Below the pieces are notes generated by a model. That model was given only the letters and a program-made list of their open reading frames with translations. It did not search any database and had not been told where the DNA came from. This document shows positions 25,532 through 31,746 of a stretch of 37,232 bases of DNA, in pieces (within the stretch, counting starts at the first letter, position 1; every line of letters begins with the position of its first letter). Source of the stretch: a virus; IMG/VR virus record IMGVR_UViG_3300025637_000004; one strand, written 5' to 3'. Both the position numbers and the translations under genes were made by a program.

Positions 25532-27481
25532 TTAAGTAATTTTTTTAATCGTTAGTGTGCTTTCCCCTGCGGCCATCGTGGCATTTACCGCTCCATTTGA
25601 TGTTTCATTGCCGAGCGGAACGGTTAACACAAGATTACTTCCACTACGCTCGATAAGGTAATTAACGATGTGGGTACTACTTTCGTTGTGATTAGCACTA
25701 AGACGCACATAACCTGTTGCTGGTCTAATTGACTGCACAACACCGCCCAAAGCAAACCTCGCGCTTACACTACTACGCGTACCACTGGTCGATGCGATAA
25801 AAGTATTATGCGAAAGTTCGTAGATTCCATCCTCGCTCAAAGTGATCGTGTATCCATCCGATGAAAGAGTAAACCAAGAGGGCGTACCACCAACTGACGG
25901 TGAACTGTAAGCTACTTTGTGTATACCGTTGTGTGCGGCATTTCCGGGTACTAGAAGGGGCGCTCGATAAAGACATTCAAGCATAACGGGGACAACAGTG
26001 CCGCCAGAGGTTACAGCCGCTACTGCAGTATCTACGTAATCTTTGCGAGTTAAATGGTCAGCCGATGTAGGGGCTACTGAACTTGATACATTACCCGTCA
26101 AGGTACCGCCAGCTAAAGGCAGGTAATCTGCTACCTCGCTGTCTACATAATCTTTACGCGTCAAATGGCCTGCTGCGGTGGGTGCTCCTGTACCTTCCAG
26201 AACACCTGTAACCTTTGCTCCCGTATCAGTTGTCTCGAACTTTGCGACATTGTCATAATATAAAGCTACGCGTCCTTCTCGTTTAGCTAATATAGCCGTA
26301 CGACCGTTTATTCCAGCAGAGTCTTGCAAGTACAGGATAGTGAGGTTAGCACCTACGGCTTGCAGCTTGTAACTAGCAGTAGCACAACGAGCAGATATAG
26401 AAGCACTTGAGTCTGTATTAATTAAGTTGACTGCTGTACCCGCATTAATAGCACCTGAAGCTGCTATGCTTCCTGAAACATTCACTCCACCTGCTCCGGT
26501 TGTTACGCGAGAATTTCCGTCGTAATGAAGTATCGTAGAGCCACCATCTACAAAACTCGCGTGGAATGCTGTGCCGTCAGCGTTGGCTATGTTGTTTGCT
26601 TGATACTTAACGCCCGCAGTTGTTGAGTAAGAATCAGCAGTTAAGTGCCCGCTGATTTCCGCATCAGCACCATCGGCTCCGGCAGCGCCTGTAGCTCCAG
26701 TATTTCCAGTTAAACCTTGAATTCCTTGCGGGCCGGGGTCGCCTTGACTGCCTTGTGGCCCGGCTGAACCAACGCCTTCAATTCCTTGAGGGCCTGCTGC
26801 TCCGGTTTCGCCTTGGATTCCTTGGCTTCCCTGATCGCCTGTTAAGCCGATTGGGCCTTGCAGCCCTTGCATTCCGGGCGCACCACTCACATCGACAATA
26901 AAATTATAAGCCGTACCATTCCACAAATAAAGACGGGAGTTTTCCGCATTTGAAACATCACCCGTATCGATAATTGCAAACTCGCCAGCCAGAATTCCTG
27001 TTGGTGATGTGTCTGCATTTAACGCAGCTACGCTAGAATAAGTTTTTGTAACTTGAAAGCCTTGACCGCTCGGACCTTGCTGGCCTTCAATTCCGGTTTG
27101 ACCAATAATCCCCTGAATTCCTTGCGGGCCTTGAATTCCTTGTGCTCCGGGAGGGCCGGGTACTGTACTATTTTCTCCTGCTGCACCTGTTAAACCCTGA
27201 ATCCCTTGCAAGCCTTGCAAACCTTGGGGGCCGGGAACTGTGCTATCTGCACCCGCTGCGCCGTCAGATCCTGGTGGGCCAGAATTTCCTTGAATTCCAT
27301 GATCGCCCTGCAAACCTTGCGGGCCTGGTACAGTTGATTCAGTACCCACTGGCCCTGTATTTCCCACTTCTCCTTGTATTCCTTGGGGGCCTTGAGGCCC
27401 AACTACCGTACTATCTAAACCTGCTGGGCCTTGTATGCCTTGAGGGCCTTCGGTTCCTTGCGGTAAATTAAAAACTTTCAC
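25532..27481 (-). CDS. Collagen-like triple-helix repeat tail fibre protein
   Basis: GTG start with SD GAGGA 6 nt upstream. The N-terminal third consists of G-X-Y blocks (GPQGIQGPAGL.., GPQGLQGDHGIQGNSGPPGSDGAAG..) punctuated by DSTVPGPQG. A second collagen block follows, then a beta-rich C-terminal domain with two HLTRKDYVD repeats. Confidence 0.85.
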   Translation of the reverse strand: MKVFNLPQGTEGPQGIQGPAGLDSTVVGPQGPQGIQGEVGNTGPVGTESTVPGPQGLQGDHGIQGNSGPPGSDGAAGADSTVPGPQGLQGLQGIQGLTGAAGENSTVPGPPGAQGIQGPQGIQGIIGQTGIEGQQGPSGQGFQVTKTYSSVAALNADTSPTGILAGEFAIIDTGDVSNAENSRLYLWNGTAYNFIVDVSGAPGMQGLQGPIGLTGDQGSQGIQGETGAAGPQGIEGVGSAGPQGSQGDPGPQGIQGLTGNTGATGAAGADGADAEISGHLTADSYSTTAGVKYQANNIANADGTAFHASFVDGGSTILHYDGNSRVTTGAGGVNVSGSIAASGAINAGTAVNLINTDSSASISARCATASYKLQAVGANLTILYLQDSAGINGRTAILAKREGRVALYYDNVAKFETTDTGAKVTGVLEGTGAPTAAGHLTRKDYVDSEVADYLPLAGGTLTGNVSSSVAPTSADHLTRKDYVDTAVAAVTSGGTVVPVMLECLYRAPLLVPGNAAHNGIHKVAYSSPSVGGTPSWFTLSSDGYTITLSEDGIYELSHNTFIASTSGTRSSVSARFALGGVVQSIRPATGYVRLSANHNESSTHIVNYLIERSGSNLVLTVPLGNETSNGAVNATMAAGESTLTIKKIT

Positions 27482-27493
27482 GTCTTGTCCTCG

Positions 27494-27694
27494 TTAGTAG
27501 TTTTTTTGGCAAAGCTCTGACCAGACTGCGTTATTTAGAATAACTTGATCAATCGTTTCTGAAGTGTCGCCTTGGTGCGTGTAAACCGGCAAATAGAAAA
27601 GACAGTATTCATTCTTTACGAGTAAAGTTTTTTCGCAACTCGTCAGCGTAATCAGAATCATTGTTGATACGATCACGAATACGATTAACTTCAC
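27494..27694 (-). CDS. o-spanin (Rz1-like outer-membrane lipoprotein), overlapping the i-spanin gene
   Basis: Within the 92-aa ORF, a GTG at 27694 gives MKLIVFVIVSTMILITLTSC, a signal peptide plus lipobox L-T-S-C. An alternative ATG lies at 27661. The gene starts inside the i-spanin gene and extends 115 nt beyond it in another frame. Confidence 0.5.
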   Translation of the reverse strand: MKLIVFVIVSTMILITLTSCEKTLLVKNEYCLFYLPVYTHQGDTSETIDQVILNNAVWSELCQKNY

Positions 27695-27830
27695 GAAGCT
27701 GGACAAGTAATCTTTGAGCGTTTTCCCGCTCGGCTTGCGCTTCACCAAGGGCAATGTCTGAACTCCTACCAATGAATTTATAAAATACAGCCAAAAAAAA
27801 CGCTAAGGAAGCGGCAATAATTTTACCCAT
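27609..27830 (-). CDS. i-spanin (Rz-like, N-terminal TM plus coiled coil)
   Basis: MGKIIAASLAFFLAVFYKFI is a TM segment, followed by charged helical AQAERENAQRLLVQLREVNRIRDRI. The ATG at 27830 overlaps the stop of the upstream 56-aa ORF (ATGGGTAA). The track start at 27857 is probably too long. Confidence 0.55.
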   Translation of the reverse strand: MGKIIAASLAFFLAVFYKFIGRSSDIALGEAQAERENAQRLLVQLREVNRIRDRINNDSDYADELRKNFTRKE

Positions 27831-27993
27831 TGTTTTGCTGTTTCGCTTTCCCAACATTTAAAGCAATTACATCAAGCAATTTATAAAGCTTTGCTAATAA
27901 ACTATCGTCTTGCGGCGTTGGAGTGATTGCGGCAATTGCTGAAGCAGTTGATATAATTATTGGAATGAGAGCGATTATGCTTTCTATTGACAT
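27823..27993 (-). CDS. Small single-TM membrane protein (56 aa, holin/antiholin candidate), absent from the ORF track
   Basis: SD GGAAGG 5 nt before the ATG at 27993. Translates to MSIESIIALIPIIISTASAIAAITPTPQDDSLLAKLYKLLDVIALNVGKAKQQNNG. It sits between the endolysin and spanin genes. Confidence 0.6.
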   Translation of the reverse strand: MSIESIIALIPIIISTASAIAAITPTPQDDSLLAKLYKLLDVIALNVGKAKQQNNG

Positions 27994-28003
27994 TTTTACC
28001 TTC

Positions 28004-28435
28004 CTATTGCGGTTTAAGTTTTCCCGTTGAATACCAATATTTTACATTGAAATTCGGGCAAGTTTTTTTGTCATCTAGCTGATAATGGCCGACAAGCTGA
28101 GCTTTTGACCATTGCGGAATACTTTTTATAAAGTCTATTTCTTTTCTTAAAGTTATTAGCTGAGACTCATGAAAATTTCGGGAACCCATTAGGCAAATCC
28201 CAATGCTACGAGTGTTATAGCCTCTTACATGAGCGCCGTTCCAAATCTCTCCGGTGTCGGGAAAGATTGGACGACCATGATAAGACTCGCCGTTTTCGTC
28301 TATTAAAAAATGATATCCGATTCCGTCGAATCCTTTCTGCTTGTGCCATAAATTTACAGCTCCCGGGCCATCGAATCTTCTATCGTCTAAACCGTTAGGC
28401 GAATCGCTACAGTGAATAACGATATACTCGATCAT
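28004..28435 (-). CDS. Endolysin: N-acetylmuramoyl-L-alanine amidase (Amidase_2 / T7-lysozyme-like)
   Basis: IVIHCSDSP...GYHFLIDENG...GAHVRGYNTRSIGICLMG....GHYQLD..KTCPNF carries the Zn-ligand pattern of the PGRP/Amidase_2 fold. Confidence 0.85.
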   Translation of the reverse strand: MIEYIVIHCSDSPNGLDDRRFDGPGAVNLWHKQKGFDGIGYHFLIDENGESYHGRPIFPDTGEIWNGAHVRGYNTRSIGICLMGSRNFHESQLITLRKEIDFIKSIPQWSKAQLVGHYQLDDKKTCPNFNVKYWYSTGKLKPQ

Positions 28436-28734
28436 TTAACAGATCGCTCGATTAGCCTATCTAGTTTTGTATCGAGTTTATCGAGCTTTTCACCCTGCTC
28501 GCGTCTTAATTCTTTGATAGAGTTTTCAAGCTTAGTGTCAGTTTTCCCTTGGTGGGTCTCGACGTAAGCAATTCTGCGGGAGTGCTCATTCTGTATTGAT
28601 CTCTGAACTGCTGAATCTTCTTTTATATTTGTTACGAAGACTATGCCGCTGATCATCATGCCCGCGACTGTCAAAAGACTAATACCCTGCACAATGTCAT
28701 GTAAAAACCACGATTTTTTTTCATCAGTAGGCAC
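28432..28734 (-). CDS. Single-TM membrane protein with a C-terminal coiled coil (holin candidate; first gene of the late operon)
   Basis: GTG start, one TM segment (GISLLTVAGMMISGIVFVT) and a 4-nt overlap with the endolysin gene. Confidence 0.4.
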   Translation of the reverse strand: MPTDEKKSWFLHDIVQGISLLTVAGMMISGIVFVTNIKEDSAVQRSIQNEHSRRIAYVETHQGKTDTKLENSIKELRREQGEKLDKLDTKLDRLIERSVK

Positions 28735-28767
28735 TTTTTTTAACGTCCGTAATTTTATTTCAGGTAC

Positions 28768-28793
28768 AAAAAAAGCCGCCCGAAAGCAGCTTT
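28768..28793 (-). terminator. Intrinsic terminator directly upstream of the late operon (tR'-like)
   Basis: The minus strand reads AAAGCTGC-TTTCGG-GCGGCTTT followed by T-run TTTTTTT. On the plus strand the stem has a C-A mismatch, so it is specific to the minus strand. Confidence 0.6.
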
Positions 28794-28828
28794 AAGAATT
28801 TATTGTGAAATTTTCACCAATTTACATA

Positions 28829-28857
28829 AATGTAGCACTATATCGGACGGGTGACAA
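28829..28857 (-). promoter_or_regulatory. Candidate late promoter (PR'-like)
   Basis: Minus strand: TTGTCA (28857-28852), N17, TACATT (28834-28829). The predicted start lies about 30-50 nt upstream of the terminator at 28768-28793. Confidence 0.4.
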
Positions 28858-28925
28858 GTCTTTTTTACAGTAAAAAAGCCAGCAGAATAAAGAGTACCCT
28901 TGCAAGGGGGGGGTTAAATGCGGAC

Positions 28926-29036
28926 AGGCTGGCCAGCCTAAGGTGTAACAGGTAGGAGGCTGGCCAGCCTAAGGTGTAACAGGTAGGAGGCTGGCCAGCC
29001 TAAGGTGTAACAGGTAGGAGGCTGGCCAGCCTAAGT
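28926..29036. repeat. Tandem 31-bp repeat (3.5 units) carrying four copies of the 14-bp palindrome AGGCTGGCCAGCCT
   Basis: The GGCTGGCCAGCC cores lie at 28927-38, 28958-69, 28989-29000 and 29020-31, exactly 31 bp apart. The unit is GGCTGGCCAGCCTAAGGTGTAACAGGTAGGA. Confidence 0.95.
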
Positions 29037-29046
29037 TGTCTAAAAC

Positions 29047-29098
29047 GCTGATTCTAGTCAGAATCAGCACTTGCATTGTTACCGGAAACAACTATAAT
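29047..29098 (+). promoter_or_regulatory. Operator-like inverted repeat plus a near-consensus sigma70 promoter for the + strand island
   Basis: GCTGATTCT-agtc-AGAATCAGC (29047-29068). The -35 is TTGCAT (29071-76), then N16, then the -10 TATAAT (29093-98). Confidence 0.65.
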
Positions 29099-29141
29099 GT
29101 ATCTACCAACTCAGGAAAACACACAACAGGAAGCAAGAAGC

Positions 29142-29363
29142 ATGAATAACTACACTAAAATGAAGACGGACAGCTTGTATACAAAACAGATAGCGCAAGC
29201 GCGGGCGGGAGTAGGCGAGAGCAACGAGTTCTTGAGGGCTTTCTACTTAGATTGGGTCAACAATTTTCTTACGGTAGGTAGTTTCTGCGAGCACTATGGG
29301 ATAGAGGATATAAACGTAGGCAGGGAGGTAATTAATCTAGGTCGAATACTCCACGAAGAATAG
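29142..29363 (+). CDS. Hypothetical 73-aa protein (island gene 1; possible HTH at the C-terminus)
   Basis: ATG at 29142 with SD AGGAAG 8 nt upstream. The track's TTG start at 29076 lies inside or upstream of the promoter. The segment SFCEHYGIEDINVGREVINLGR looks helix-turn-helix-like. Confidence 0.6.
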   Translation: MNNYTKMKTDSLYTKQIAQARAGVGESNEFLRAFYLDWVNNFLTVGSFCEHYGIEDINVGREVINLGRILHEE

Positions 29364-29504
29364 AGAGTGCGGTGCAGGTCAAACGACGCATTAAACTGAT
29401 GGGATGGACTATCGTTCATCTTAGGCTGGCTAGCGAATTCCATTGTACCATCGAGCAAGCCTAGCAACTACTGCCCTTCTGGGGCTAACTAAAAGGAATA
29501 CATT

Positions 29505-29726
29505 ATGTCTATTCAAGCAAATTTTGATCAGCAAGCAATTGACCTGCTACCTCGCATTAAAGCAACGATTGATTCATCGTCTGAGCATGAAGCCAGCCAG
29601 CGTCGAAACGCAGCACTTCGTTTAATCAACGATAGCGTCAAACCGATCAGTGAAATGACTGCCACCGAGATTACAGCTTTTGAAGACTCGGTAAGTGAGT
29701 ATTTTGACTTTATTGAAAAACAATAA
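29505..29726 (+). CDS. Hypothetical 73-aa acidic protein (island gene 2)
   Basis: SD AAAGGA precedes the ATG. 13 D/E against 7 K/R by my count. Confidence 0.65.
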   Translation: MSIQANFDQQAIDLLPRIKATIDSSSEHEASQRRNAALRLINDSVKPISEMTATEITAFEDSVSEYFDFIEKQ

Positions 29727-29778
29727 CCTTTAACAACTGCTGAATAAGCAGCTCAATCTAAACTAAAAGGACTACATT

Positions 29779-30210
29779 ATGAACACTGCAAAACAAATAC
29801 TCGTCGCTAAAGAATTCGTCGAATGCCACAAAATATCAGACATCGATGAATGGCAACCTTTGAATCTTAGCGGTGACGACAAGCTGATCACTATCTACTA
29901 CAACATAGTAGGCGGAGTGTATGGAGAAGTCCGAGACCTAGAAATTGAAATTAGCTCATCGGATAGCAAAAGTGGCAACCCTATTATCTTTGATTGGAGC
30001 GACAAAATGACTTATCAAATTGGCGACACTAATAACGGCCCATTTTCTGATGTTTATCCCTATCTTCCTGCTGCTCTAGAAGAGCTAGACAGACTCAACG
30101 ATGAAAAGGAAGCGTTCGAAGCTGGAATGATCGCCGAAGGACTGGAAGACAGCATCGATGATGAATTCTATTACTTCATAGCGGATGCTGAAACCGGCGA
30201 AGAAATATGA
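29779..30210 (+). CDS. Hypothetical 143-aa strongly acidic protein (island gene 3; DNA-mimic / anti-defence candidate)
   Basis: Same SD context as gene 2. 33 D/E against 9 K/R by my count. No recognised motif. Confidence 0.7.
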   Translation: MNTAKQILVAKEFVECHKISDIDEWQPLNLSGDDKLITIYYNIVGGVYGEVRDLEIEISSSDSKSGNPIIFDWSDKMTYQIGDTNNGPFSDVYPYLPAALEELDRLNDEKEAFEAGMIAEGLEDSIDDEFYYFIADAETGEEI

Positions 30211-30359
30211 CTAGCACCGAGAGAGTTGCCAAACACCGCGAAGCCGCCGCAGCAGATGGAAGAAAGAGAAAAGAGTATCTAGTTACTGATACCGAGCATA
30301 ATGCACTGAAAGCATTGCTTGCTGAACTTCGTAATAAGGCTACGAAGACCAGCGTTTAA
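30207..30359 (+). CDS. Small 50-aa protein (island gene 4; possible DNA-binding regulator), absent from the ORF track
   Basis: The ATG overlaps the stop of gene 3 (ATGA). Translates to MTSTERVAKHREAAAADGRKRKEYLVTDTEHNALKALLAELRNKATKTSV. Its 3' end overlaps the convergent minus-strand gene by 20 nt. Confidence 0.5.
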   Translation: MTSTERVAKHREAAAADGRKRKEYLVTDTEHNALKALLAELRNKATKTSV

Positions 30360-30762
30360 CAATATCTTTAAAAAAGTCACTTCGACTAATCCAAGTTTCT
30401 CTATACGCGGATTTGCTGATACCTAAAATATCGGCCTCCGCTTGCTGACTTAAAAGAACCTCTGAAGTATAAGGTTCTAGCGCAATTAACGCCATTTCTC
30501 TTGATTTATCCTTAATCTTCCAATTCTTTGCTGTGCAATGCCTTTCTACCTCTACGGCCAACATCACTATCAAGTCCTTGTGGGCAGCCTCGCTGCCGTT
30601 AGCCGCCGCTCTTATATCAATGTACTGCTTTGATTTGCTTTGACTAGCTAGGCTTGTATGAGGCTCCTTAGACTTCAAATCTGGTCTAGTCTCAGTGCCT
30701 TGCGCTGTACGCCCAAAATTAAACTGTAAATGACTTTTAACTCTTATCGACCTAAAAGTCAT
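30340..30762 (-). CDS. Putative late-gene regulator at the lambda Q position
   Basis: Last gene of the early minus-strand operon, after NinG and a micro-ORF. The C-terminus SQQAEADILGISKSAYRETWISR is HTH / sigma-region-4-like. The family was not recognised. Confidence 0.3.
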   Translation of the reverse strand: MTFRSIRVKSHLQFNFGRTAQGTETRPDLKSKEPHTSLASQSKSKQYIDIRAAANGSEAAHKDLIVMLAVEVERHCTAKNWKIKDKSREMALIALEPYTSEVLLSQQAEADILGISKSAYRETWISRSDFFKDIVKRWSS

Positions 30763-30890
30763 TCACTACCCCTGCGCAACTCATTGTTAAACCAATCTCG
30801 CCAAAACTCATAAGCGAGCCAACGGTTATTTTGCTTGGCATTGTTAGCACCGTTAAAATAATAATCAATGCAGTGCGCGTTATTGATCAT
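30759..30890 (-). CDS. Micro-ORF (43 aa) coupled on both sides
   Basis: The ATG overlaps the ninG stop (ATGA) and the TGA overlaps the next ATG (ATGA). Translates to MINNAHCIDYYFNGANNAKQNNRWLAYEFWRDWFNNELRRGSE. Confidence 0.45.
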   Translation of the reverse strand: MINNAHCIDYYFNGANNAKQNNRWLAYEFWRDWFNNELRRGSE

Positions 30891-31303
30891 CCTACTACCC
30901 TGTTTTCGTGATAACGAATCTGATCTTTGAATTCCTCGGCCATTTCAGCCAATTCATCCCGCGTGTATTTTTTGCTCTCGTTTTTCAGCGCATTCAATTC
31001 ATGCACAAACTCTTTTCCGTACATATCAATCATAAAAAGCGTGTAAGGAATCGGATTGCCTTTTAGATATCCGTTACACCCCTTGCATTGCGGCCAGATA
31101 TTTTCTTTCATCAGCCGTGTCGCAGTGTATCTGCGCGATACAAAATGCCCGCCGTCTAACTCTTTGTAGTGCTTAGTCGTTCCACACGTAACGCAACTGC
31201 AATATCCGTTATCGTCTGAATTCTCTAGCCTTACCAATTTTTGTAGTAAAACGGCGACATCTTCGGAGAATTTTGCGACTGATTTTAATTTTCGCTTAGG
31301 CAT
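30887..31303 (-). CDS. ninG: NinG/Rap-family recombination endonuclease
   Basis: CSCVTCG....DGGHFVSRR.....EN.WPQCKGCN matches the NinG zinc/HNH-like signature. Position after NinB, as in lambda. Confidence 0.75.
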   Translation of the reverse strand: MPKRKLKSVAKFSEDVAVLLQKLVRLENSDDNGYCSCVTCGTTKHYKELDGGHFVSRRYTATRLMKENIWPQCKGCNGYLKGNPIPYTLFMIDMYGKEFVHELNALKNESKKYTRDELAEMAEEFKDQIRYHENRVVG

Positions 31304-31746
31304 TATTTAGAGTCTTCAATAGTTTGATTTTTAGATGGAAAGATAACGCTTACGCCTAATTTGCCTGCAGTGTGACGGTTAAGCGTTTCATAAACTTTTG
31401 CAACCTCTTCAACTTCTAACCCTGCTGTCGATGATTTATTGAGCATCGCAACCTGAATAGGCCGCCACAGAAACTGCTTTACTGTCATTTGATGCCAAGG
31501 GATATCAGCTTGTTTGCTGAGTGTTTTTTTCATATCCCAGCCCGCATCATTCAACGCTGTAGCCAGCAAATCACAAAACTTGTGTATTGCCCGATTCTGC
31601 AAAGCAGTCCTTTTTGAACGATCACCCTTAACTTCACAAACTAAAGTTTTAGCATCGCCAATTGCTTTAACATCCTCTAAATCCATCGGCGCAAAAGCCT
31701 CAACCCCCCCGACTTTTCCAACACTGACAAGAATTAACCTACTCAT
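31303..31746 (-). CDS. ninB: NinB/Orf-family recombination mediator
   Basis: RSKRTALQNRAIHKFCDLLA and NKSSTAGLEVEEVAKVYETL parallel lambda Orf RSLDQNRKLWACL and GQSTSRMRVGEFAELLELI (from memory). The ATG at 31746 is preferred over the GTG at 31761. Confidence 0.6.
   Translation of the reverse strand: MSRLILVSVGKVGGVEAFAPMDLEDVKAIGDAKTLVCEVKGDRSKRTALQNRAIHKFCDLLATALNDAGWDMKKTLSKQADIPWHQMTVKQFLWRPIQVAMLNKSSTAGLEVEEVAKVYETLNRHTAGKLGVSVIFPSKNQTIEDSK

Noticed and set aside
25532-27481. Collagen G-X-Y repeats as eukaryotic contamination or a chimera
   Set aside because: The ORF is continuous with a bacterial-type SD and GTG start, is flanked and translationally coupled to phage genes, and ends in a non-collagen beta-rich domain typical of phage fibres.
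27494-27772. Full-length 92-aa ORF as an independent gene
   Set aside because: Its first two thirds overlap the Rz-like gene out of frame. Only the part from the internal start (GTG 27694 or ATG 27661), which creates a signal peptide plus lipobox, makes biological sense as an o-spanin.
28926-29036. Possible CRISPR array (regularly spaced palindromic repeats)
   Set aside because: The 31-bp units are contiguous and identical, so there are no unique spacers. Only 3.5 units are present and no cas genes exist in the genome. It is treated as a protein-binding tandem repeat instead.
29076-29141. N-terminal extension of island gene 1 (TTG start at 29076)
   Set aside because: The TTG lies within the -35 hexamer, and the extension would be upstream of the predicted transcription start. 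The ATG at 29142 has a proper SD.
29443-29625. 60-aa + strand ORF
   Set aside because: It overlaps the better-supported 29505..29726 gene out of frame, has no SD, and begins in the intergenic region containing the degenerate palindrome.
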